From Monocercomonoides exilis PA203 (taxonomy: Eukaryota; Protista; Preaxostyla): 64,000 nt of DNA. Below the pieces are notes generated by a model, which made no database searches, was not told the origin of the DNA, and saw only the letters and a program-made list of their open reading frames with translations. The position numbers and the translations under genes were made by a program. This document shows positions 42,621 to 54,500 of this stretch, piece after piece. The stretch is taken from contig LSRY02000024.1 of NCBI GenBank assembly GCA_001643675.2, positions 434,001 to 498,000 on the forward strand, read 5' to 3'. Numbering within the stretch: the stretch's first letter is position 1; every line of letters begins with the position of its first letter.

Positions 42621-43600
42621 GAGGAAAATATCCCAGGATGGGATCTCTTTTTGGCAGGGGGAGAATACGTTGGAGCAAGAGATATAGCAGCAGCAATACT
42701 GAAAAATCAGAAGAGCGAAAGAGATACGTGGAGAGCGCTGGGAAGATTCAAGCAATTTTTGGATAGAGAGAGCATGGATGACATGGACCCCCTCACAACA
42801 AAAGATGCAAAATGGATTTTGACAGAGTTCACCGAAACACTCTCGAATACAAACCTCTCAAGCGGAGTGATAAATCAGACAGTACGGAAAGTGCTGGATT
42901 CTATTAACCTCTTCAGAAAGACTGAGGTTGACGTGAAAGACATAGAGATATTTCTAAAGACCTATGTGGGGGAGAAACCAAGAAGAGGAAAACGATACAA
43001 ATCGATGTGGGATCTCACAATAATTACCAAATGGGCAGAAGTCACACACGAAAGGACGGACCCACAGACCCTCCAAAGGAGAGCTCTCATTCTGACCATG
43101 ATTTTTAGAGTTTAAAGGCCAGCAGAGCTGGAAAGAATGAGAAGTGATACAACGATACTTAAAGAGGATTTAGTCCAGACACAAGTACGAACGAAAACAT
43201 CAGGGGGAGAGACTGTAAAGGTTATTATAAATAAGCATCCAAATCCACGTATCGATGCAGTGGAGGCGCTCCAACGTTGGATGGATTATACAAAGACGAC
43301 GTATCAGAGTGGACATGTGTGGTTCAATATCAGTGAGAGACAACCTGCAAATTTGCAGTAAATCAAAGAAGAGTAAGTGGCTGTCCTGAGAGAGAACAGA
43401 AAACCTGAAACAATTACCGCGTTCTCTATAAGACTCGCTGTGATAAAACATTTTGCCAGACAACAAGATGCAGATTGGAAAGCAATCAAAGCGTGCGCGA
43501 GATGGGAGCCAAGTTCTAGAGTTGCCCAGGAGTATTACACCGTGCTTCCAGTTCAGGACACGAGATAGATCCTGGAGATGATCTGCTACCCAGTACCCCT
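42620..43600 (+). pseudogene. DIRS tyrosine recombinase, disrupted
   Basis: MWDL..I, ALILTMIFRV*RPAEL (catalytic R), TAFSIR (HxxR position), ARW, and EYY (catalytic Y). Several in-frame stops. Confidence 0.82.
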
Positions 43601-44116
43601 GGCAGGGAAGGGAGACAAGTCGGAGAAGGACAGCAAAGGAAAAGAGATTTCAAATGAGAATACAGAATCAGGAACAAAGGAGTATCCTGAAGAAACATCA
43701 CAATCTGGGGGAGAAGCGGAGACGAGCAAGAGAAAGAATCTGAAGAGACGAGGATCGAGTCGAGAGAAGAGTTCGCTTCATGAGAACGATATAGCACAAC
43801 TCCCCAAGGGTGATGAGACACCCTCCATAATTCCCCGCAACATTATGGAGCTAACGGAGGGTAGACAAACTGCCTTGCAGAAGAAGCTCGAAACCGATCG
43901 GGGGAAACGCGGAGAGAGAAGCATAGGACAAATTGTCATGCACGCTCAAGTACAGAAGACCCGATCGAGAACCCCCCGAAAACAGCGCAAGAGGGGGAGG
44001 GAGGAGGGATAGAGGCTGCACCTTCATCCGCAGTCCCTCTGTTCATCCGCCGCACGACAAGGTGCTAGGCTGGAGGGTTTAAGATCAGAGGAGAGAAGAG
44101 AACGAGGGATTTCAAA

Positions 44117-44213
44117 ACTCATTATTGAGGAGCAAACCTGCTCCTTGTGTTTGTTGATTCGCTCCATTGCGAATTAATAAAAACGCAGTGAGACAGGTTT
44201 GCTCCGAGATAAT
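44117..44213. repeat. DIRS internal complementary region (ICR)
   Basis: 44117-44175 is complementary to the left end (38819-38878) and 44182-44213 is complementary to the right end (44836-44867). Confidence 0.9.
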
Positions 44214-44790
44214 AGGAAGACGGATGGAGAGACGAGAGGCGGAATGGTGCGAGGGGGAGCTAGAAGTATGTGGGGAGACGACAAGAAAAAAGGGCGAGAT
44301 ATTCAAGGAAAGAAAGAAGAATCAACCGCCCGAAGATATTAATGTGCACCTAGAACCTGTTTGGAGAAACATGGAAACAAATAGAAAGTTTTAATCATGA
44401 TCCTCCTCTTTTACAAGATTATTATTGTTTTTTCAGAGAAGAATTGAATATTTAATATGCAGTGTGTGATGTTTTGGTGTTGCTCTGCTGGATCAGCAGA
44501 AGAGCGGGAGGCAGAACACATCACATGCAGTTTTCTTTTCCACGCCTCGCATAAGCGAGAGTGGTTTTTCTTTCTGCTCCGTTTTGGGCTTTCGTCTCAC
44601 CGGATCCCTGCACTGACTGCAGGAGACAGCTCCGAGGGGCAATGTCCCTTGCCCTCTGGTCTTCGTGTCCAAGGCAAAAAGGCGAAGTCGGCAGTGAAGT
44701 GAAGCGGACAATTCATAATATGCTTTTTGTTGTTAAAATGTTTTTGTCGATATTCTAATCTCTCCGTTTTTTCCACGTCATATTTAGGAG

Positions 44791-44869
44791 GGCGAAGTTC
44801 TCACTTAAACCGCCCATAAATCGTGATCAAGACTCATTATCTCGGAGCAAACCTGTCTCACTGCGTTCT
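44791..44869. repeat. DIRS right ITR
   Basis: Reverse complement of the left ITR, with mismatches near both of its ends. Confidence 0.9.
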
Positions 44870-45149
44870 ATCAAAAGAATCGAAAATTCAGAACGAGTTT
44901 CATTGAAAAAATGGAATAGGAACTTTATTTAATGAAGCGTTGAATGAAGAAACCCTAAAGAAGCAGTTTGTTATTTGTAATAAGTTTCGGATTTTGTCAC
45001 TTTGCATCATTTTTGAGATTTGTAAAATGGACAATTTTAAAAATTTCTCTTTCTTTTGTTCACGTTAAAATTTCTGTTGAATTGTGAAATGAAGCAAAAA
45101 GAAAAACAATTATATTTGAGCTTTAAAATGAAAAATTTCTCATTTTTTT

Positions 45150-46595
45150 TTAAACATTCACAAAATAATCAGAAATATTCGACGGCATTTTTTCAAAATA
45201 CTTCCTGCTTTGAAAAGGAAGCATAACATGAAAGCTTGCGATTGTATCTTCGTATCCTTCTTCTTCCATTTTTTCAAAAACCTTTCTTTTCGTTGCCTTT
45301 CTTCTCGCTTCTTCCATTTCATCATCTGTCTTCCTTTTCAATCGCCTTGAAATATTCATGAAAAATCTCAAGCATCCATTTGTTATTCCGTCATTCAGCG
45401 TTGGCCTGTGAATCTCCTCCAAAAAGGCATCGGCAGCTCCTCCTTTCAACAAGTCTTCAACTTTCACAACTCTGTTTTTTGCTGCATTTCTCAAAGAATA
45501 AATGCACTGATTGCGAATTCCTCTGAAATTATCCCTTGCTGCTCGATATAACTGAACAATGATATCGATTAGCCAAACAAATCCTTCATTCCACAGCTCA
45601 CATGAATCAAAGAAAAAGCTCAATTTAAAAAGCCATCTTAATAAAATGTGCTCTTCTTTCGTTTCTTTTCCTTTTTTAACCTCTTCTTTCTTTCTCTTCC
45701 AATCCACACATTTCGACAACTCATTCAATTCTCTTACTGCCTCTCTTCCAAAATGCAGTTCATTCACAATCACACCTTCCAAGCTTCTGTCAGTGTTTAA
45801 TCTGTCCATCAAAAACTGCCAAGTCGACTGATATTCAAGTTGAGTGAGGTTGTGATGTTTCTGATGATATTGGATGATTTCTTTGATTTCCTTCAAGTAT
45901 AGTCTTTGTTCGATAAACTAATAAAAATTAAAAATAAAATTAAAAAACATATCAAAAAATTAATCTGACCTTCCACATCGCAAAATTGCTCAACGCCAGC
46001 AAAGTAATTTCCACTTCTTTTTGTGCTTCTTCGCTTTCCTCTTTTTTCAAGGAAACCTTCAGAAGACAATGCACACAAATTGAAAGAAATTTCGAAGAAG
46101 CCCACCTGTTCAACAAAAGATAGCATTCGCAAAGATCAACAAGAAGCTTTTCGTTCTTTCCTTCTATTTTCTCATTTTCGTTAAAAATCATCTTTTCAAA
46201 TCTTTTGCTCAACAAAGAATTATTAAAGTCATAACACTCCAAGTTCAATAGAACATTACAAAATCCAACATGCTTCAACAACAAAATGGCATTTTTTATT
46301 GTTATTTTCTTTTCTTCAATCATTTTGTCTATTTTATTGAATAGTTCTTTTGTGAAAATAGAGTCAAATTCTTCATTATTCACTCCATCAATTATTTCAT
46401 TCATTTCAAGGATTTTCTGCTTCTGTTCGGTTTCATTGCAATGCTCCAACTGATCAAACAATTCTTTCAATATCATCAAAAATCATCAAATATCAAATCT
46501 TTGAAAATACGCAATTTAAGCAAACTTGAAAATTTCTCAACACATGATAGTTCTTGAACATCATCATTGGATTTGACTTCATCACACCTTTTCAT
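45150..46595 (-). CDS. Lineage-specific hypothetical family protein (~440 aa, 3 exons)
   Basis: ATG 46595 and in-frame splicing join ORFs 45952..46479 and 45150..45896. Clear paralog of 49530-51084. Confidence 0.8.
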
Positions 46596-47199
46596 TCAGT
46601 TTATTTTATTCAAAGATCAATTTGCAGCAGAACTTCAAATAAAAGACAAAATAACAAAAACAACTAATATTGATGATTGTTGACAAAGCAAAGATAAAGG
46701 CCAAACTCAATTCTTTTGCTTAGTAAAAATAAGTGCTAAAAAGCAATTCACAAAGAAGCCAACGAGAAAGTCTTTATCAAGTCAAAAACGAAAGAATTTT
46801 ATTTCTTTCTGATCGAACCAACAATAATTCATGTCATTGAAATGAATGGACTTTCAATTGAAATTAGGAACACATTGGAAATTATTCCACATATTTGGCA
46901 TTAATTGCTTAAAAAATAATTTCCATTTTAATATTCAGAGCAGCATGAAGAAAAGGCAACAAATCGTTTTGAAGAACAAAACAAAGAAGAGACAAAAAAG
47001 CAGCAATCTGGCAGTTTATAATATGCATTCCAACTTCACTTCAAATCTTAATTGGAACAATTACATTTCAATTTTGTCACTCACATTTAGAGTTATCCGG
47101 AATCTTTACTTCAACGAAATGATTATTTCTATCATTTTAAAGTGTTTGCTGGTTTCCTTGGATGTTTCGATTTCACGTGTTTGTCAAAGTCACAAGCGA

Positions 47200-49430
47200 T
47201 AGGGATTCTTTAAAAATTAATTCCTCTCTTGAGCGGGTAATCAGGCTGAAGGAGGATTGATGAAAGGGATCATTCATTCATTGCTCCACATTTTTTGATG
47301 TTCGGGAGTATGGCGGTTGGATACATTTGGGACAATTTCATAACAACAATGGACATCATAATAAATCATGCAATGAAAGAGATTTCATTCCAAAAGGCTT
47401 TGAAGCTGAGCGAAGATGGAAAAATTCTTGATATCAAAAGAAGATTAATGCAATATTCGGAACCAAGCTCATGCGGAATTTGGAGTGCGTTCAAGCATAT
47501 TAATCATTTAATAGTGATTACCACTTGACGTGTATTTTTCTGTAAAGACGCTTGTTTCGTTTATTTCGGAAAAAACATCAATTTGTGTTGTTTTGATGAT
47601 TTTCATCATTTCGCTGATTTCTGATTGGATTTCGTTGCAGACCTTGAAGCAACATGAACGATAACAAAATGAATCTGACAAAACAGACCAAACTGCAATT
47701 GAAGTGTTTGATCAAATTGAGGTGTGTTATCCAATTTATGTAGCATTTATGCATTTTTTATTTGAATAAGAAAGAAAGAAAGAAATCATTGAAAATTACT
47801 CAAACTTTTTTGCAATGATAATTTCACATTTTCACTTTCACTTTTCCATTCTATCTTTTTTCCCTTTCTTTTCTTTTCAATTTTTTCGATTTATTTTGTG
47901 AACTTCTTTAAAAACTTCACTCAAAAACTGTTTCTTCTTGCGGCTTCTCATCAGTTCCATCCACAAAAATCTTCAGTCGCTTGTGAAGGCATTCTCATTC
48001 ATCGTGATTGTTGGTCAGAGCTTCTGACAGCATTTTCATTTGAAAGTGTTTGTCTTGTTTCTTTCCATCAAAAAATCGTTGAATCGTTCAGAGAATCGAT
48101 TAAATAGCATCTGGATGGAGAGAAGCGATATAAACAGAATGGAGATGTAGGTGCAGCCAGAGGATTCTGTTGAGAGATATGAAGGAGGAGGAGGAGAAGG
48201 AGAAGGAGGAGAAGAAGAAGAGAAAATAAAAGAGAAAGAGAGAAAGAAGGAAAAGAAGAATAACGACATTATCAATAAAGGCGACGACGGCAAAGAGTCA
48301 ATAGAAGAAGATTAGCGTTGAGTCATACAAAAAGTCAGATGCTTTTTGAATGAGAATGCTCAGAAAGCTCATCAGCTTTGGTGAAAGAGTCTCTTCTACC
48401 AAATGCCCACAACAAATGATCCAAAAAAACTGCTTTTCTCTTTCAAGCTCATCTTAAGCGTTGTCTGGTTATGCAGTATGCAAGACAGATGGCGGAAGCC
48501 ATGATTGACTTCGTTGAATGAAACCCAAACAAGAATAATCCCAAAACTTCTGAATCTTTTGTTAAAAAAACGATAAAAAGGCTTCTTTCGATGGCATTCC
48601 TGTTCGTTGCTAATCTGCATTCACTAAAAGAACACCTTTAAAGAAAAATGAATAAAATAAAAAAGTCAAACTATCTTTTTGGCCTTTCAACATTTTCCCA
48701 TCTCCGATGCACTCAAAATGATCAGCCCAGCCATCTTCCTTGTTCTCCAAAATTGCCTCTTGCCACAAAAAAAAATCAGATAACTTGACAATAAATGACT
48801 GGAACAGAACGTCATTGAACGCAAAGTATCCTTTGTGAAGTTGGCTGTGATATCTGATGAAAACACATATTCTCTAAATGAACTTCTTTTCAAAGCCCAA
48901 TTCAAGGCCAAGTCTTTGCTGATGGCTTTCCAAAGGGTTTTGTGCAAAATGCAAATGAGGTTGTAATTGAGGCCTGCTGAGTGTTTTGCTCAACTCGTTT
49001 CCTCCATTGTCCAACCCACAATTCCCTTTCCTTTTCCACGAAACGAACCTCCAAAAAAACATATGAAACAAGTCCTGCGCAAAAGATATACCAAGTGCAC
49101 TGCAATTCCCTCAAAATGAACAAGCTGTTCAATTCAATCTTTCCGGTATTCCCCTCGCTTTTTCTGCATCTTGCTTGAATTATTTTTCATTTAAAATATT
49201 TCATCCGATGTTGAATCATATGTTTTGTAATTTATTACCAGGTTCAAATTCCATGCAATTTCCCGCACCAATTAAATTTTCGCAAAAATCGATGCAAACA
49301 GCCACTCTCTCCTCCATCTGTTCGAAAAATCCTTGTTCTTCTTCAGTGCAAAATCTCACATGGATGCATCTGTGCCCGTTCATCCAAAACAGCATAAACA
49401 AAGTTTTAACGTAGCATATCATCACTCAAA
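47200..49430. pseudogene. Decayed coding-like fragments
   Basis: Coding-like composition but only short ORFs with stops in all frames (e.g. 47295..47528 +; 48396-49425 -). No recognisable domain. Confidence 0.3.
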
Positions 49431-49529
49431 TTTTCATTTTTAAAAGAATTGGTTGGACACCCTTATTAATTGATCGATTAGGAGATCTATTTTTCTTTTT
49501 TTTGATTAACTTGTTTTGAGACAAAAATC

Positions 49530-51084
49530 ATGATGGAAAATGAATATGTATTGGCTTATGTTTTATTAGACATTTGATTTGTTATTTTTAATTCTTTCAA
49601 TTCGATTACACCACGATTATTTCGAAAATGTATTTGTTAATTGTTCTGGATCAATTTTCAATTTCTCAGTCACCTTCTGTGAATCAAGCATTTCTTGGTA
49701 AGTCTGCGTTTTGAACAAATGATTATTTATTGATTTTTTTCCCCAATTAAAAAGAGAAGCTTTCGCAACTGATGAATTCCACTGACGCAGAGATGAAACA
49801 GAAAATTGAAGAAATGAATAAAATGATTGATGGAATGAATACAGTCGAGTTGATATCTATTTTCGATGATGAAATATTCAATAAAATTCACAAAATGATT
49901 GAGGAAAAGAAACTGAATTTGGAGAATGCCATTCTGTTGCTGAAGAACTTGGGATATAACAAAACGTTGAAGCATGTGCGTATTTATGGATTTAGAGAAA
50001 ATTCGTTGAACGAAAGAATTGAGAAGATGATTGCTGATGAAGAACAGAAAAAAGATGAAAAGAACGAAAAGCTTCTTGCTGATCTTTGCGAATGCTATCT
50101 TTTTCTTGACAACCAGTTTTCTATAGAATTGCTTTCAATATGTGCATCTTGTCTTTTGAAAACCGATTTCAAAAAAGAGGAAAACATGGAGACTCAAAAG
50201 GAAGTGGAAATGGCTTTGCTGTCTTTGGGCAACATTGGATATTGTGTCTGATTTATTCATATTTCCATTTGTCGAATTTTAAAACCTTTCTTGTTGATAT
50301 TTTCCCCCCTCTATTATAACAGGGAGATAAAGAAGAGATGTGCTTTAAGGAAATGACTGAGATCATCGAATATCATCAGGAACATCGCAACTTGACTCAC
50401 CTTGCCTATCAGTCTGCTTGGCAGTTTTTGATCTTCAGATTAAACAGTGGAAAAAACAAAAATGAAGTGATTGTGAATGAACTGCATTTTGGAAGAGAAG
50501 CGTCAAGAGAACTGGAAGAACTTTCAAAATGTGTGAATTGGAAGGACAAAAAAGAGGGGAAAGGAGGAAAAGAAGAGAAAGAATTGCTTGTAATCGGGAG
50601 ATGGCTCTATGTCATTTTTTATTTCTTTGACTCTTGCAATTTGTGGAATGAAGAACTTGCTGGGCTTGTGGGCAGCCTTGTGAGTGTATTTCGAGCATCA
50701 AGGGATAATCACAGAGAAACAAGCAATCAATGCATTTATGCTTTCAAAACAGCAGCAGAAAGGAAATGCGGAAGAGTTGATGACTTGTTGAAAGGAGGAG
50801 CGGTCGATGCTATTTTGGAGGAAATTCGACGACCAACACTTGATGACGAAATGATACGTGATTGTTTGATAATTTTTGTTGCATTGTCAAGTCGATTGAA
50901 AGAAGAGGATGACAAAACAGAAAAAGTGGAAAGAAGGGCAGCAAAAAGGAAAATGTTTGATAAGATGGAAGAAGAGGGATACGAAGATATCATCATCAGC
51001 TTTCATGAAGTAGTTGGTTTTCTTAACACAAAATATCCATATGTTTTGTCGTTTGGAATTTTCGATTATTTTGTGTATATTTGA
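49530..51084 (+). CDS. Lineage-specific hypothetical family protein (paralog of 45150-46595)
   Basis: ORFs 49772..50251 and 50338..51084 join across a phase-0 intron. Shared blocks: NEKLL.DLCECYL, YHQ.H.NLT.L.YQS.WQFL, VIVNELHFGREA, KMEEEGYED. The two small 5' exons are tentative. Confidence 0.8.
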
Positions 51085-51598
51085 GGAAATGAAATTAGTT
51101 CCATATCGTGTCTCGGAAGTTCAATTTTTGATTTCTTTTTCTTTCAACTTTGATCTTTTATTTTTCTCTCTTTCTTGCTCTCTCGATTTCTCTGGTTTGA
51201 AATAATTTTACTTAATTTTATTTAATTTTATTTTGTTTCATTAAATATATTTTATTCCAAAAAAAAAATATTTTTTCCGAATAAACTTTGTTTACATGAA
51301 TAAGTTATATTTTATTCGAATAAAACCTTTCTATTCTCATTTCATCAATTCTTTTATAATTTTTGATCTTTTTGATAAAAAACAAATAAATAAAACAAAA
51401 AGAAACACAATTTTTTTCCAAAAAAATATCAGTCTCATTTTTCAAAGGCTTTATCAAAATTAATAACTTTAAAAAAATTTTTTTGGAAAATGGAAAGATA
51501 ATTGTATGTTGGCTCGAATGATCAAGAATCGAAAACAAATCCTTTTTTTTAAAGATTCTGTCTGCTACACGTTTTGACATTTCGATGACAAACACCAA

Positions 51599-54500
51599 AT
51601 GAACGACAAAGTTGTGTACATCATCGCTGGGTGCGCAGCGGGCGGGGCTCTTGTTGCACTTGTTGTTGGAATTTCGATATTCTGCTGCTGCAGACAGCGG
51701 AAGCTGAAAAAACATCGAGACACATCAGAAGGCAGCAACGAAAACGGAGTATCGCCGTGGGAGCTGAGGGAGCAGGAAATCCGAAAGCAAATGGCATCGC
51801 TGGAGGAGCAGAAAAATTTCGATGGCGATTGCTCTGCGCAGTCGGCAGCGAATGCTGAGCAAAGGAAAGGCCCTCCTCCCGAAGGAATCCGGGGAAGCGA
51901 ATTCGATTATGATGCAAGTGGAACAGCTGGCGAGTTGCAGGCACCGACTCGCGAAGAGAAAGGGATTTGTGTTTGTTCAATTCTGGACAACGCCGGGTGC
52001 GGGGGCGAGCAAGTGCAGCACCCTGTCGTTACACAAAGGCGAGTTTTCCCGTTGGTGATGATGAGCGTCAGCAAGTTCCTGAAAGGGAGAAGTTGCCAGC
52101 CATCAGTTAACAGACATTTTGTTGAAGCGAAAAGCGAATTTCTGGGAGAAGGCTGTTCAGGGAGTGGCAGGAGCGCAGCTTCCTTCAGCTTGAAGAGCAT
52201 AAACGAGCCAGTAATTTGCAGGGCACCATATTCGATTTCTTGGGAGGCGAAAGAGGCGCTGGCCAGCTGTGTGTCTGTGCATCGCTTGATTCACAACTGG
52301 AGTGCAGTTCAGCGCGAGCAGAGCTGGCTTCGGGAAAGAGCACTTCACACGAGCGGTTGCGACAGTGAGGCGAGTGGTGAGAGTGCGAGGAAGAAGGGTT
52401 TCGCAGATGAGAGCAAAGAAACAAGGATGCATGAAAATGTTTGCTTGGCAAACGAAGAAGAGGGAGAAGGCAAAAGTGCTCGATTTAGCTCTGGAATGAA
52501 AGAAAAAGAAGAAGAGGATGAAGAAAGAGATGAAAGCGAAGAAAGCGAAGAAGAAGACGAGGAGGAAGATTCATTTAAGCCGAATGTGGATGTGGCTCAG
52601 GTGGCGTATGGGCTGATTGATGGGCTGCGATTTATTCTGTCAACGATTTTCAGAGAAAGAGAAGAGATGGCACTGCAATTGCTGTGCAGCTCTGGTGAAT
52701 CGTCTCATTCATCATCATCTTCTTCATCTTCTTCTGTCTCAGCAGCATCGTTGAGGGTGTCTGCTGTGAATGAGGATGTGGAGAAGCTGCTGCTGATGCT
52801 GGTGCTTCGGCTGACTCCGCATTCGGTGTTTGTTTTGGCTGACGGCACAGCTGCAATCGACTGCGAATCGATATTTGCCCCTCTTTTGGTTTCGTCTGCC
52901 TCGCCATTGCCTTCTTCTGAGGAAGAGGAGAAGGCAGAAAAGGAGGCAGAAAATGCAATAGAAGCAAAAGAACAGCCAACACCGTCTGCAGCAGAAGAAA
53001 CAAAGAAGCATCCATCAATTTATTCTGTTGTGAAGGCGAGCTGCCAACTGATGAAGAAGAACACAGACACAAAGGAGAAGGAGAAGGAGAAAGAAGAAAT
53101 AGAAAAAGAAGCAGAAGAAGAGATGATTGAAGAAGAAGGTGATGGAAGGTGTGTTTTGGTGGAAGGGGAAGCAGAAGAGAAGGAAAGCAAAACAAACTCC
53201 ACAGAAGAAACAGAGAAAGAGAAAGAGAAGGAGAACGAGAAAGTGAGAAAGATGACATGCATTTTGAAGACAGCAGTGCTTCTGCAGAAAAGAAAGAAAA
53301 AAGACGATCGGTCAGATTCTGCGGCAGAGCACAAAACACCAGAAGATGAAAATACTCCGACTATTCGACCACCATCTTCATCATTTTCTTCTTCTTCGTT
53401 TGCGCTCAGAGCTATTTCGTTTTCTCCTTCGCCTTCTTTTTCGTTTGCATCTGCCGCAGAAGCAGACATCGGATTGGAGGCGTTCCGCTATGCAGCGCCT
53501 GAAACACGGGACCCGACATACACTCCGTCGAATGTTCTGGTGAGAGAGGAAGAGGAAGAGGAGAGAGGAGATGAGGCTGAGGAGGATCACAGCAATGCCT
53601 CTCCATCGGCACAAGCACACAACCAAAAGCAGACGCACACGTTTTGTGTGTCGTCGACGGCAGCAGCAGCGTCGGTGGTGTATTCGGCAGGGCTGGTGGT
53701 GTGGGAGATGCTGACAGGGGAAGTGCCGTTCAGCCGGGGGAATGCGCTGGAAGCAGCAGAAATGGCGCGAAAGGGGCAGACGCTGGAGGCAGTGGGGATG
53801 GAAGGGGTGCGGGCGATGGAGAAGGTGCTGGGGGTGGATGGGGCATGGATGGAGGAGAGGCGAAGAAGAAGAAAAAGAAGAGAAGGAAGAAGAAGGAGAA
53901 GAAAAGAAGTGGTATCTTCAGAAGAAACAGCACACCAAAAGAAGACGAATGAGGCGCATCCAAAAGAAGAAGGCGGGTTTTGGGAGCAGTTTGTGAGGAG
54001 GTGTTTGAGAGAAGATCCGAGAGAAAGACCGAAAATGGAGGAGTTGCTGGAGGAGGCGGCAGAAGTGATGGAAGAGATGAAGAGGAGGAAGAGGAGGAAA
54101 GAGAGGAGGAGAAGGAAGAAGAAGGGAATAAAGGAGAAGAGAGAAGAAGAAGAAACGAAAAAGGGAAAGAAAAAGGGAGAGGCACAAATAATTCCGCAGT
54201 TGACAGGTGTGCAATTATCATCAGAGAACAGGGCTTGTTCATCAGATGCGATTTCGTTTGTCGGCAATCCTCTTTCTTCTTCTCCACTTTCTTCATCATC
54301 ATCTTCTCCTTCTCCTTCTTCTCTGCAAATTTCTATTCAAGCTCCGCTGAATGATTGTCGTGGCACACTTCCAATGGAGCCTCTACAATCTTCCTTTTCT
54401 TCTTTGCCTTCGCTTTCCCTTGCCACTCAAGCCACTTTCGTTCCAGCCGCGTCTTCTGTTCCTCCGTTCATTCAGCACTCGAATCCAGTTCTGTCTCAGC

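Larger units (their letters stand above)
38819..44874 (+). mobile_element. DIRS1-like tyrosine-recombinase retrotransposon, full length but decayed
   Basis: ITRs at 38841-38918 and 44791-44869, an internal complementary region at 44117-44213, and coding remnants in the order gag-like, RT, RNase H, MT-like, YR. GC content is higher than the flanks. Confidence 0.93.

Noticed and set aside
38959-43570. TAA/TAG = Gln recoding to explain stops in the DIRS ORFs
   Set aside because: Host genes here end in TAA or TAG and have kb-long ORFs free of them. The element also has TGA stops and frameshifts, so decay is simpler.
43808-43900. Hammerhead-like core (gtgatgag ... ctcgaaac)
   Set aside because: The conserved C of CUGANGA is G, stem II pairs for only 2 bp, and no stem III plus NUH site could be built.
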